Source: Candidatus Latescibacterota bacterium (lineage in GTDB: Bacteria > Latescibacterota > UBA2968 > GCA-2709665). Taken from it: 64,000 nucleotides of DNA. This document shows, piece by piece, positions 1 to 9,939 of this stretch (position 1 is its first letter; each line of letters starts with the position of its first letter). Under the pieces are notes generated by a model that saw only the letters and a list, made by a program, of their open reading frames with translations, did not search any database and was not told where the DNA came from. The position numbers and the translations under genes were made by a program. The stretch lies in assembly GCA_965226795.1 (NCBI GenBank), contig CBDDDZ010000005.1:960001-1024000 (forward strand), given 5' to 3'.

Positions 1-313
1 GGTGCCGAAGAAGGGAATGGTAAGCAGCGGATACGGTTTTGTCAAGCAATGCGGATCTGACCGAAGCGCGGGGACAATCAGAACTGGCTTGGCGCCGTGC
101 GCAGGGACACGTCGTCAATGGACAGTTTTTCAGACCGTGAATTTGCCCCGGTGAGGTGAAGGTCGATCTGATCGGGTCGCGAAGAGTGCCGGAGTTCAAG
201 CCGACTCCGGAAGACCCTGGCACCGGTGGACGGCAGGCGATTTTACCTGGCGGGGTGTTTGCCGCTGCATGCGGTTTCAGGGATGCGTTCATATCAGAAA
301 GGTAGGATTCCCC

Positions 314-1276
314 ATGAAGATTGTTCTGTGCCCGCCGGTGAGCGAGGCGTTGTGCGAACAGGTGCGTCGAACCGCGCCCGGGGCGGAAGTGGTGATGTCG
401 GCAATGGACGAAGCGCACGCGGTGGTTGTAGATGCAGACGTGATATTCGGTATGTATAACGAGGAAATCATCGGCGCAGCCAGGCGGGTGAAGTGGATTC
501 AGACCACCAGCGCGGGAATGGATATGTTGCTGGATATTCCCGGCGTTCGGAAGGGCCGGTTCAGACTGAGCAACGCCAGCGGACTGCATGCGCTACAGGT
601 GGCGGAACACGCGTGGGCGCTGACGTCGGCGCTGTTCCGTGGCCTGCAAGTGTCCATAAGGAATCAGCTTGCGCACAAATGGAAAGGTACGCCGATCCTG
701 GATCTTTACGGGGCCACGGCGGGGATTGTCGGGTTCGGAGGAATCGGACGGCGGTATGCCCGGCTGGCGCGCGGATTCGATATGCGAATCGTCGCCGTGG
801 ACGTCCAGCAATCCGACAGGCCGGATCACGTCGAGTCGCTCTGGGGAACCGATCGGCTGGACGATTTGCTGACGGCATCCGACGTGGTGTTTGTTGCCTG
901 TCCCTACACGCCGCAGACAGACAGGCTGATCGATGCAGGTGCGTTCCGCTTGATGAAGAATTCCGCTTTCCTGGTCAATACCGCGCGGGGTCCGATTGTG
1001 GACGAGGCGGCGCTGGTGGACGCGCTCAGGTCCGGTGAAATTGCCGGAGCCGGATTGGATGTCTTCGAGACGGAGCCCTTGCCGGAGACCAGCCCGCTCT
1101 GGGAAATGGAGAACGTGATTATCACCACTCATGCGGCGGGCGCATCGAACTACCGCCCTCAACGCACGGTTGACTTTTTCTGCGAGAATCTGAAACGATT
1201 TTTGGCGGGGGCGCCGCTGTTGAACGAGACGGACCGGAATCTGGGATACCCCACGCTGGATAGACGTGTTGAGTGA
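314..1276 (+). CDS. D-2-hydroxyacid dehydrogenase (NAD(P)-dependent)
   Basis: GFGGIG Rossmann motif, VNTARGPIVDE, LDVFETEP, THAAG; start taken at ATG 314. Confidence 0.9.
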   Translation: MKIVLCPPVSEALCEQVRRTAPGAEVVMSAMDEAHAVVVDADVIFGMYNEEIIGAARRVKWIQTTSAGMDMLLDIPGVRKGRFRLSNASGLHALQVAEHAWALTSALFRGLQVSIRNQLAHKWKGTPILDLYGATAGIVGFGGIGRRYARLARGFDMRIVAVDVQQSDRPDHVESLWGTDRLDDLLTASDVVFVACPYTPQTDRLIDAGAFRLMKNSAFLVNTARGPIVDEAALVDALRSGEIAGAGLDVFETEPLPETSPLWEMENVIITTHAAGASNYRPQRTVDFFCENLKRFLAGAPLLNETDRNLGYPTLDRRVE

Positions 1277-1439
1277 CGTTCGCCGGCCAATCGCGGAAAT
1301 TTCCGTACGTTCCGCGTCGTGGATGCGCGACAAGGTGGCAGGGCCAGACGGTCATCCGTGCCGTGATGTCGTGAGAGTGGCCGCTGCGGCGATGGGGACG
1401 GAATCCGGCGGCTGCAGGCAAATTTCGGAGAGATAGCTG

Positions 1440-2771
1440 ATGGCGGAAATCAGGGCGTTTCGTGGAATTCGGTACGCGACCGACAGGATAGGCAACGTTG
1501 AGGAGGTGGTCGCGCCCCCCTACGACGTGATTGACGGGTCGATGCAGCGGACGCTGTACGACTCGCACCCCAACAACATCGTGCGAATTATTCAGGGTGT
1601 GGAGAATGCAGGGGATTCGGCTGACGAGAATCGTTACACCCGCGCCGCGGAGACATATCGAAGCTGGCTTGAAAAAGGTGTCTTCGTCCGGGACCGGGAA
1701 GAGGGGATTTATCTCTACGCACAGGATTTCGATGTAAGTACCTCCGACGGGCCGAAGAATAAGACGAGGCTGGGGATTGTGGCGCTGGTGCGAGCAGATG
1801 CATTGGGAGAAGGCCCCATTTTGCCGCATGAGAATACCATGCCGGGTCCGAAGGCGGACCGGCTGGCGCTCATGCGGCACACCCGGGCGGCCTTTGGCCA
1901 GATTTTCTCGTTGTACTCCGACCCCAGGGGCCGCGTGCGAAATATCGTGTCGCCTGTCCTGGAGGACGCCCCGCTATTCGCGTTCACGGGAGGGGACGGT
2001 GTTGGACACAGGTTCTGGCGGGTAACGGATAAAGCCATGGTAGACAGCGTGGCCTGTACGCTTAAAGACAAGCCGTTCTTCATCGCGGACGGGCATCACC
2101 GATACGAAACCGCGGTGGTCTACCGGGATGAACGCGCGGCGGCCAATGGCGAGGATTGGCAAGGCAAGCCCTACGGGTACCGGATGCAGACCCTAGTGAA
2201 CATGGACGATACGGAGGGGATGGCCATCAACGCGATTCACCGGGTGGTTCTGGATCTGGGAGCCGGCGGAGTCGCAAGACTCATTGAGGGATTGGCGGAA
2301 CTGTTTGACGTGGAACGGGCGCCCCTCGGGGATACCGGATCGGTATTGCGGGAGTTGAAACGGCGCGGCGGCGGCCGGGCCGTTTTCGGATTCTGCCACG
2401 GAGCGTGTTCCGAAGTGCACTATTTGACGATGAAGAGAAGTGTGGATCCTTCGGACCTTGACGGCGGCGAACATTCGGAGGCGTGGCGTGCGCTGGACAC
2501 GGGGTTGCTGCAACTGGTTCTGGGAAAGGTGCTGGATCTCAATACGGAGACGCTGACCAGAGGCGAGAAGGTGAAGTTTGTTAAGGTCGAGCGCGAGGTG
2601 CTGGATCTGGTGAAGGCTGCGCCCGATCGGGCTGGTTTCTTTCTGATTCCCGTGGGCATGAACCGGTTGCGCAACGTTGTGCTGGCCGGGGAGCGAATGC
2701 CTCCCAAGTCCACGTTTTTTTATCCGAAAGTATATTCAGGAATGGTAATTCAGGATCTGGAGTCGTTTTAG
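1440..2771 (+). CDS. DUF1015 family protein
   Basis: IRAFRGIRY, PPYDVI, PHENT, FIADGHHRYETA, MPPKSTFFYPK motifs. Confidence 0.9.
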   Translation: MAEIRAFRGIRYATDRIGNVEEVVAPPYDVIDGSMQRTLYDSHPNNIVRIIQGVENAGDSADENRYTRAAETYRSWLEKGVFVRDREEGIYLYAQDFDVSTSDGPKNKTRLGIVALVRADALGEGPILPHENTMPGPKADRLALMRHTRAAFGQIFSLYSDPRGRVRNIVSPVLEDAPLFAFTGGDGVGHRFWRVTDKAMVDSVACTLKDKPFFIADGHHRYETAVVYRDERAAANGEDWQGKPYGYRMQTLVNMDDTEGMAINAIHRVVLDLGAGGVARLIEGLAELFDVERAPLGDTGSVLRELKRRGGGRAVFGFCHGACSEVHYLTMKRSVDPSDLDGGEHSEAWRALDTGLLQLVLGKVLDLNTETLTRGEKVKFVKVEREVLDLVKAAPDRAGFFLIPVGMNRLRNVVLAGERMPPKSTFFYPKVYSGMVIQDLESF

Positions 2772-2817
2772 CAGAAACAAACGGCACGCGAACACACGGA
2801 AATTCACACGAAAGACC

Positions 2818-2839
2818 GGGGCGCTATGCGCCCCTTTTT
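2818..2839 (+). terminator. Intrinsic terminator after the DUF1015 gene
   Basis: GGGGCGC-TAT-GCGCCCC followed by TTTTT, between convergent genes. Confidence 0.65.
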
Positions 2840-2900
2840 CGAATCGGTCCCGGCGTGGATGTCAATGCGGCTCAGCGTGTCGGTGGCATCCGGCAGGCGA

Positions 2901-4084
2901 CTACAGGACCGGCAATTCCCCGGGAGCGGGCTCCGAGAGGATTTCGCAGCCGGTATCGGTCACGACGACGTCTTCTTCGAGCATGAAGTACGCGCCGCCC
3001 GTGTACAGAGAAGGTTCGACCGTGAGAACCATGCCTTCCTCCAGCAGGGCGTCGTCTTCGAGCTCGATGAAGGGGGGTTCGATAATGTCGAGGCCGATGG
3101 CATGCCCGATTCCGGTGACGCGCTGCGCCTGCTCCACGTAACCCGCCCTTTTCAGCGTTTCGATCGAAACACGAACCAGGGTCGAGATCGGAACGCCGGG
3201 TCGGATCGCGTCGTTTGCGGCTTGCAGACACTCGTAGACGGTCCTGTAGGCGTCTTTGTGTTTTTGTTCGGCCCGACCCAGCGCGAACATGCGGGTGTAG
3301 TCCGACCAATATCCGCGGTACACGCCGCCGGCGTCGTGGGCGATGAGTTCGCCTTCGGTCAGCGTACGGTCGGTGTGTCGGCGCAGGCTGCGGTTGCTGC
3401 TACGCGCGTCGCCGGGGATACAGGTGGCCAGCGTGATCGAACCGGGCGCGTCCATCCCTCGTTTCAGGTGCTCTACACAGAGCAGGCTGTATAGATCCCT
3501 TTCGGTCATACCGGGTTTGACGGTGTCGAAGAGGGTGCGATAGGCCTGGTTGGTGATTTGGACGGCTTTGCGAATATAGGCGATCTCGGCGCGGGACTTG
3601 GAGAACCGGGTCTTCCAGAGTAGCTGCGCGGCATCGGTGAATTGTACGCCGGGAAGATTGGCCTTTAGACGGCCGAAGTTGTCGTATGGCATGCGCGACC
3701 AGAGGACGCCGCCCAGCTCGGCGCCGATGCGGGCACCGCCGAGGCCAAGTTCGCGGATGACTTCGGTCAGAAGGGAGACCCCTGCCCTCACGCGGATGGG
3801 CGGTTGATACGTGCGCACGTGTTCGATCCAGGCGTCCTCCTCACACATTCCTGTTTCCAGTGGCGGACGATGAGGACCGGATCGCGTTCGAGTGGAAGCA
3901 GGGCGAATAGAGAGGTGAACTTGTGTCCCCAGCGATGGGTCCAGTGCCCGCTGAAGTAGCGATGGTTCGTGTCGGTGGTAATCAGGACGGCGTCCATACG
4001 GTTGCGTGACATGAGATCCCGAAGTTTGGCCAGGCGTCGTTCATATTCGTGGGCGTCGAAATCGGCGAACTCTCCGGTCAGCAT
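2901..4084 (-). pseudogene. M24 (Xaa-Pro aminopeptidase/creatinase-like) peptidase split by a -1 frameshift
   Basis: N-terminal ORF 3788-4084 (EYERRLAKLR..DAVLIT) and C-terminal ORF 2901-3848 (YWSDYTR, GHAIGL, TVEP, LEEDVVVT) join if one base is added at about 3865; may be a sequencing error. Confidence 0.8.
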
Positions 4085-4222
4085 GACAGGAACCCTTTAC
4101 GGTAGGTTTTGAGACGAGACCGTTGGTAACAGGAAACGGGTGGCGTGCACGGGTACGCTGGCCGGGATGTGACTGCGATCCTGTTTTTTTTATGTCGGTA
4201 CTTGACGAACTGAGGTGACGCG

Positions 4223-5071
4223 ATGCCGTTGCAGGCCTTTATTCTGGTCATGATTTCCACCGTCATGCACGCCGCCTGGAATTTCGCGGTGCGAAAGGTA
4301 TCCGGAAACCTGGCGGTGCTCTGGGTGGGGATGTGGTTCGCGGTTGTTGCAAGCCTTCCAGCGGTTTGTTTTCTTTCCCTTCGGCTGGACGCGCTTGCGG
4401 CGGCCTGGCCCTTTATCGTGGCTACAGGATTGGCCCATTCCTTGTATTTCCTGATGCTGGCCAAAGCATACGAAGACGGCGAGATTTCGGTGGTATATCC
4501 GCTTGCGCGCGGCACCGGAGTGGGAGGAACGGCCCTAGCCGCGTGGATTATGATCGACGAGCGGCTTACGATCCCGGGAGTCATGGGCATCATAACCGTC
4601 TTGCTGGGCATTATTCTGCTCGGCGCCGGGGATGTGCGTTCTCGGAAGAATCGCCGGGCCATACCGTACGCGCTCATCGTAGGCGCAACGATCGCAGTCT
4701 ATTCCGTTGTGGACAAGCAGGGCGTATCGCTTATCCATCCCGTGCACTACGTCTTTTCACTGTTTATGATTCCGGGTGTGCTCCTGTCCCCGTACGTGCT
4801 CCTGCGGCACCGACCGGCGGTTGTCCAAACGTGGCGCGAACTGAAAGGATATGCGCTTTGGGCAGGGCCCGGTTCGATGGCGACGTATCTGATTGTCCTG
4901 TTCGCCATGCGCCTTGGCAAGGTCAGCTATATTCTTGCCGTCAGGGAGTTTTCGGTGGTCATCGGCGCCTTCCTGGGTATTCTCTTGCTGGGCGAACGAT
5001 TTCGATGGTATAAAGGCGTGGGAATTGGCGCTATTGTGCTGGGTCAGATGCTGGTCAAGTTTGGGGGATAG
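4223..5071 (+). CDS. DMT/EamA family transporter
   Basis: About 10 hydrophobic segments; HAAWN, YEDGEISVVYPLARG, REFSVV, LLGER motifs. Confidence 0.88.
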   Translation: MPLQAFILVMISTVMHAAWNFAVRKVSGNLAVLWVGMWFAVVASLPAVCFLSLRLDALAAAWPFIVATGLAHSLYFLMLAKAYEDGEISVVYPLARGTGVGGTALAAWIMIDERLTIPGVMGIITVLLGIILLGAGDVRSRKNRRAIPYALIVGATIAVYSVVDKQGVSLIHPVHYVFSLFMIPGVLLSPYVLLRHRPAVVQTWRELKGYALWAGPGSMATYLIVLFAMRLGKVSYILAVREFSVVIGAFLGILLLGERFRWYKGVGIGAIVLGQMLVKFGG

Positions 5072-5249
5072 GTGACTGACGCGCAGCAAAGGACAGCCGG
5101 CAGCGGCCGATGTGATGTCAGATGGACGTTGTATCCGGAAGCCGGTTTCGTGTTTCAGGAGAAATCGACGCTCCAAGATAGACGCGTGCAAGGAGGGCGT
5201 CAAGCGTTTAATCCCGCTGCATGGATGCCGTGAGATCGGGAGATTTCTC

Positions 5250-5278
5250 TTTACAGGCCATCGGCCGTTCCGTATCAT
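5250..5278 (+). promoter_or_regulatory. Putative sigma70 promoter for the GH38-like gene
   Basis: TTTACA-N17-TATCAT about 50 bp upstream of the ORF. Confidence 0.45.
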
Positions 5279-5328
5279 GTTGCGGCTGATTATGGCGATC
5301 AAACAACGCACGACGGCCGATCTGACCG

Positions 5329-7875
5329 ATGGTCGAATCCACTATGTCGAAAGAGGCAATATACGTCATTCCGTATTCACGGTTGACACTCTTCGGGTTG
5401 GGTGATAAAGAGGCGTGTCTGTCTCGCGGTGCGGAGATCATCGCGCAAGTCCTGCGCCTGTTGGCGGCCCGGGACGACTTCAGGTTCCTGATCGAGGATC
5501 TGGTCTGTCTTTACGCTTATCTCGAGGCGCATCCCGAGGCGGCGGAGCGGATCCGGGCCGCGGTTTCCGCGGGGCGCCTGGAGTTGGGGGCTGGCTGGAC
5601 CCAGATGGATCACCGGCTGTCCGCGGGCGAAGACCTGGTACGAAATCTTCTCTATGGAAAAGCCTTCGCCCGCGACGTGTTGGGCGCTGAACCGACGGTT
5701 GTAAATCTGGGTGACGGGACAGGTACGACTTCGCAATACGTTCAGGTTGCTCGCAAGTGCGGAATCGAGCAAGTCGTGCTGACGGGAATCGGGTGGAATC
5801 AAGACGTGTTATTCCGCTGGTTGGGGCCCGACGGTTCACAGGTGGTCTGTTGGAACGCAACCGGCGGCAGCCAGTTGCTCTGGGAAGCCGTTCGTGGAAC
5901 GCCGCAGTCCAGGCGGGCTCGAAACGCGGTGATTGACGGACAGCGTGAGAGGCACGAGGGGAGGCTGCCGCTTCACTGGGGCGCACTGATGGTTCAGCCG
6001 CGCGAAGCGGCTCTGGTGGAATTGGCGGAGTGGGCAGAGGCCGAAGCGGTCGATCTCGAACTGGGGACACCTTCGGATATTCTCCCGCGATCTCAGGCAA
6101 TTGAACAGCTGCAGTTGGTTTGCGAGCAGAATTCGCCGGCCGGATCGCATCTGGAGCCGGTATTTCCGGGAACCGCGTCTCTGAACGACCCTGCCGTCTG
6201 CGGGCTCATGCGGGCCGAGCAGATGTCGGCAATGGCGGAAACACTCTTCCCGTTTGCGTATCCCGGGACAGACCTGAAGGCGGCGTGGCTGCGGCAACTC
6301 GAGGCAACGTCGTACCGCTACGACGGCGCGGCGGCAAAGGAGGGGCTGGAGCGGAGGCGGAGCGATCAGCAGGCCGTCATCGCCACGGCGGTACGGATTG
6401 CACGCGAAGCTGAAAGGATGATTGCGGAACGCGTGATGCCCCGCGATGGACCGGTCGGCAGGTTGCCCATCGTCGTGTTCAATCCGCTTTCCTGGCCGCG
6501 CACCGACCTGGTCGAAGTACATATCACGTTTTACGGGGACGTGGAGGCGACCGATTTTTCCCGGTACGAAATATACAAACTGGTGGAAGCGTCCGGTCGC
6601 ACAGTGCCGTTCCAGGAACTGGCGGGCAGGCAGACGGAGACCGCCGAAGTACGTCTGATCTTCGCGGCGCGCGAGGTTCCGGCCAACGGATACGCCACCT
6701 ACTATCTTGTTCCCGGCGTTACGGAAACGCAGTCACTGGTGGGCATCCAGTCATCTGAAATGATGGCTCCGGGGCAGATGACGCCGGAATTTCCAGAGCC
6801 CTCGTTCGTTCTGGAAGATGTCGAAGACCACGTGTCCGAAGCATTCGGGAATGTGCGAATCGGCCGCCGCTTCAGGGCGGCTTTTGTCGGCCTCGAAGTA
6901 AACGAAATCACGGGATGGGTGCGCGTGTCGGACAGAAGCGCGGGCGTCTTGCTGGTTGACGGTATTCATCTCATCGGAAGAGAGGACGCGCTGACCGACG
7001 GATCCGCCGCCACCGGCAGGCGGTTCGAGATGGCGGTCGAACGCGTTGATCTTGAAGAAAGCGGCGAGGTGCGGGCAACGTTGCTGGTGGCCGGGAAACT
7101 GTTGTCGTCGCCCTGTGAGATCAGGTACCGGCTCTACGGAGAGATGGACCGGGTGGATGTGGACCTCCGGCTTCAATGGCGCGACCCGAAGCCGGTTCTG
7201 GTGCAAATGGTCTTCCCGGTCGCGGACGGCACAGTCCGGTATGGAATTCCACATGGACATCAGAGACTCGAGGCAGACGGTACTGAGGGAGATTCGCATG
7301 AAGTCCAGCGGGTCTGCCAGGGATGGGTGGCCGTGGATGGATCGCATGGCGGCTTTGTGCTCGCTTCGGACCGGAAGGCGTTCCAGTTCGGCGCCGGCGA
7401 AGTGCGCGGCGACGTTTTGCATTCCGGCCTCGATCCGGCATCGTATTCGTACAACGTCATCTGGCGCTCGTTTCCGGACGAGGTGAGGTGCAGGTACTCC
7501 CTCCGGGGATATCGGGGCGATTTCGCGCGGGGAAACGCGTTCCAGGACGGTTGGAACCTGCGCCAGCGGCTGCACGCCCGCGTCGTATATGACTCGGTTT
7601 CGGAGAAGTCATTGCCGGACCGATTGCAATTCCTTTTCCTCGACGGCCCTGGAATCGTATGCACAGCGATCAAGCGGGCCGAAGACGGCGAAGGACTGAT
7701 TTTGCGCGCGTACGAAACCGTGGGTAGATCCTGTGAAGCCAGGCTGGTTTCCTGCCGCGACGTCGTCTCGGTTCACGAAGCGGATCTGATGGAGCGCCGA
7801 GTGCGCGATCTGGATGGGGATACCATCGGGTTCGCCCCCTTTGAAATCAAGACCCTCCGGGTTTTACTGGGCTAA
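5329..7875 (+). CDS. Glycoside hydrolase family 38 (alpha-mannosidase-like) protein, atypical active site
   Basis: GRLELGAGW, GEDLVRNLLYGK, FRWLGPDGSQV, VVFNPLSWPR, VPANGYATY, AIKRAEDG..LILRAYE, FAPFEIKT; N-terminal HxD Zn motif replaced by PYSRLT. Confidence 0.8.
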   Translation: MVESTMSKEAIYVIPYSRLTLFGLGDKEACLSRGAEIIAQVLRLLAARDDFRFLIEDLVCLYAYLEAHPEAAERIRAAVSAGRLELGAGWTQMDHRLSAGEDLVRNLLYGKAFARDVLGAEPTVVNLGDGTGTTSQYVQVARKCGIEQVVLTGIGWNQDVLFRWLGPDGSQVVCWNATGGSQLLWEAVRGTPQSRRARNAVIDGQRERHEGRLPLHWGALMVQPREAALVELAEWAEAEAVDLELGTPSDILPRSQAIEQLQLVCEQNSPAGSHLEPVFPGTASLNDPAVCGLMRAEQMSAMAETLFPFAYPGTDLKAAWLRQLEATSYRYDGAAAKEGLERRRSDQQAVIATAVRIAREAERMIAERVMPRDGPVGRLPIVVFNPLSWPRTDLVEVHITFYGDVEATDFSRYEIYKLVEASGRTVPFQELAGRQTETAEVRLIFAAREVPANGYATYYLVPGVTETQSLVGIQSSEMMAPGQMTPEFPEPSFVLEDVEDHVSEAFGNVRIGRRFRAAFVGLEVNEITGWVRVSDRSAGVLLVDGIHLIGREDALTDGSAATGRRFEMAVERVDLEESGEVRATLLVAGKLLSSPCEIRYRLYGEMDRVDVDLRLQWRDPKPVLVQMVFPVADGTVRYGIPHGHQRLEADGTEGDSHEVQRVCQGWVAVDGSHGGFVLASDRKAFQFGAGEVRGDVLHSGLDPASYSYNVIWRSFPDEVRCRYSLRGYRGDFARGNAFQDGWNLRQRLHARVVYDSVSEKSLPDRLQFLFLDGPGIVCTAIKRAEDGEGLILRAYETVGRSCEARLVSCRDVVSVHEADLMERRVRDLDGDTIGFAPFEIKTLRVLLG

Positions 7876-7999
7876 CGGCAGCCGCACCGGGGTCCGCCGG
7901 CTGCCCGATTCTCACCCGGCTGGGTGCAAGGCATTTTTCCTCGCGTGCTCCCTCTCCGGAACCAACGGGGCGCGCGATAACCGGGAGGAGGTGTCCCTT

Positions 8000-8728
8000 A
8001 TGGCGAGCATCGAGATACCAGTACGTTTTTATAAGGATTACCCCGGCGGTTACGATTACGGGTTTGAGGATCTGAGGTTGCCTTTTGAGCGCTGTTGTTT
8101 CCTGCTTGTGGATGTGGATGGCGGCTATTCATTCAAGGGTGAAAGCACGCCGCATCCGACAACGCGGGATTACATCGCGCCGGCCCTGGAGGCGGCACGG
8201 ACCGTGAAAATGAAAGTGGCTTATGTCCACAACGACCTGAGGCTGGTGGCCGATCCCGGTTGTGTGGCGGGTCAATTCTGGAGCAGGACCAAGGTACCCA
8301 ACGGTGACCTGATGGAAAGTTGGACCAAGAAACCGGACTATAAGCCGGTCTACGTGGATTGCGTGGCGCCCCGCCCCGGCGAGCCGAATTTCCCCAAGTG
8401 GATGTGGAGCGGATTTCGCGATACGTTTCTCAACCAGAGGCTGCGCTCCTGGGGCATAGAGAATCTGTTTGTGGTGGGCTACAGCCGGCGGGCATGTCTG
8501 CACTACACATGCGCGGAGGCGATGGGCCACAACTATAGGGTAATCCTCTTGCGTGACTGTTCCAATCCGCCGGGTGAGATTGAATTTCCCGATACGCTGG
8601 ACGCCAGCCTGCCCGAAGGCGGATGGGTGAATCGGATGATGCTTCGCCAGTTTGAGCACCTGATCGGGTTTACCACGACGTCTGCCGAATTCGTGGCCTC
8701 CTGTAAACAACTGGAGGGATCGACATGA
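8000..8728 (+). CDS. Isochorismatase-family cysteine hydrolase
   Basis: D-K-C triad context LLVDVD / FPKWMWSGF / VGYSRRACLHYT; GGAGG RBS before ATG 8000. Confidence 0.85.
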   Translation: MASIEIPVRFYKDYPGGYDYGFEDLRLPFERCCFLLVDVDGGYSFKGESTPHPTTRDYIAPALEAARTVKMKVAYVHNDLRLVADPGCVAGQFWSRTKVPNGDLMESWTKKPDYKPVYVDCVAPRPGEPNFPKWMWSGFRDTFLNQRLRSWGIENLFVVGYSRRACLHYTCAEAMGHNYRVILLRDCSNPPGEIEFPDTLDASLPEGGWVNRMMLRQFEHLIGFTTTSAEFVASCKQLEGST

Positions 8729-9846
8729 AGATCCGTGACATCGATTCGATATTGATCAACTCACCAGGGCGGAAGTGGACTATCGTACGAGTACATACGG
8801 ACGAGGGACCGGTGGGGCTGGGTGAGGCCACCTACTCGCAAAAAGAGCCCGTGGTGGTTTCGGCGCTTGAACATATGAAGCAGGAACTGGTCGGTGAGGA
8901 TGTATCCCGGATCGAGTATCTATGGCACAAGATTTACCGGATTTCGTCACTCAGCGGCATCTGGCGGATGGTGGGGCCCGTCTGGATGAGCGCCCTGAGC
9001 GGAATCGATCAGGCGTTATGGGACCTGAAAGGCAAGGCGGCGAACCTCCCCCTCGTGGAGTTGCTCGGAGGAAGATTTCGAGACAGGGTCCGTGTTTATA
9101 CCCACTTCAGCGGCGCGACGCCCGAAGAATCGGCAAAACGCGCCAGGTATTGGGCCGACCGCGGATACAAGGCCCTGAAGACCGGCGCTCGCTCGAATAC
9201 AGGGCGCCCATTCGAATTCTACCTGGACGACGGGGCGCCGGCTGAAACGGCGGCCCATTTTGCGGCCGCCCGGGAAGCGGTAGGCCCGGAGATCGACCTT
9301 CTGGTGGACTGCCATGGGCGATTTACCGTTGGCGGGGCGGTACGGCTGGCGCGTGCGCTGGAACCCTATGATCTGTACTGTTTTGAAGACCCGGTACCAC
9401 CCGAGGATCTGTCCGCCTATCCGAAGGTAAGAAGCCAGACGTCCATTCCGATAATGGGCAGCGAACGGCTGAACACAAAGACGCAGTACCGACAACTGTT
9501 GGAGCTGGATGGGATCGATATCGCACAGCCTGATCTCATTTACGCGGGCGGGATAACGGAGGTGAAGAAGATCGCGGCGATAGCCGATACCTATCATGTC
9601 CCCATTTCCTTTCACAATACGAAGGGACCCGTGGGCATTCTGGCGGCGGCGCATCTGCTGGCTTCCATCCCGAACGAAGCGCCGATGGAGTTTGTCACCG
9701 GTATCGAATGGCGTGATGACATTCTGGTCGAACCGCTGAAGATCGAAGGTGGCTGCCTGGTGGTGCCGGAAGGGCCGGGCCTCGGGGTGGAGTTGAACAT
9801 GGAGGGCGTGGAGAAATATCGGTGGCGCGTGGGAGATCCCTATTGA
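8725..9846 (+). CDS. Mandelate racemase/enolase superfamily dehydratase (galactonate dehydratase-like)
   Basis: SGIDQALWDLKGK, LLGGRFRD, VDCHGR, FEDP, GSE, QPDL, GPGLGVE. Confidence 0.88.
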   Translation: MKIRDIDSILINSPGRKWTIVRVHTDEGPVGLGEATYSQKEPVVVSALEHMKQELVGEDVSRIEYLWHKIYRISSLSGIWRMVGPVWMSALSGIDQALWDLKGKAANLPLVELLGGRFRDRVRVYTHFSGATPEESAKRARYWADRGYKALKTGARSNTGRPFEFYLDDGAPAETAAHFAAAREAVGPEIDLLVDCHGRFTVGGAVRLARALEPYDLYCFEDPVPPEDLSAYPKVRSQTSIPIMGSERLNTKTQYRQLLELDGIDIAQPDLIYAGGITEVKKIAAIADTYHVPISFHNTKGPVGILAAAHLLASIPNEAPMEFVTGIEWRDDILVEPLKIEGGCLVVPEGPGLGVELNMEGVEKYRWRVGDPY

Positions 9847-9939
9847 CGGTGCGGCGAGCCACGGGTGTCCCGGTGTCTGTCTCGACAATGGGCGGCCCTC
9901 GGTCCTGTCGTTCGTTCGCGTTCCGGAATCGTTCCGACA

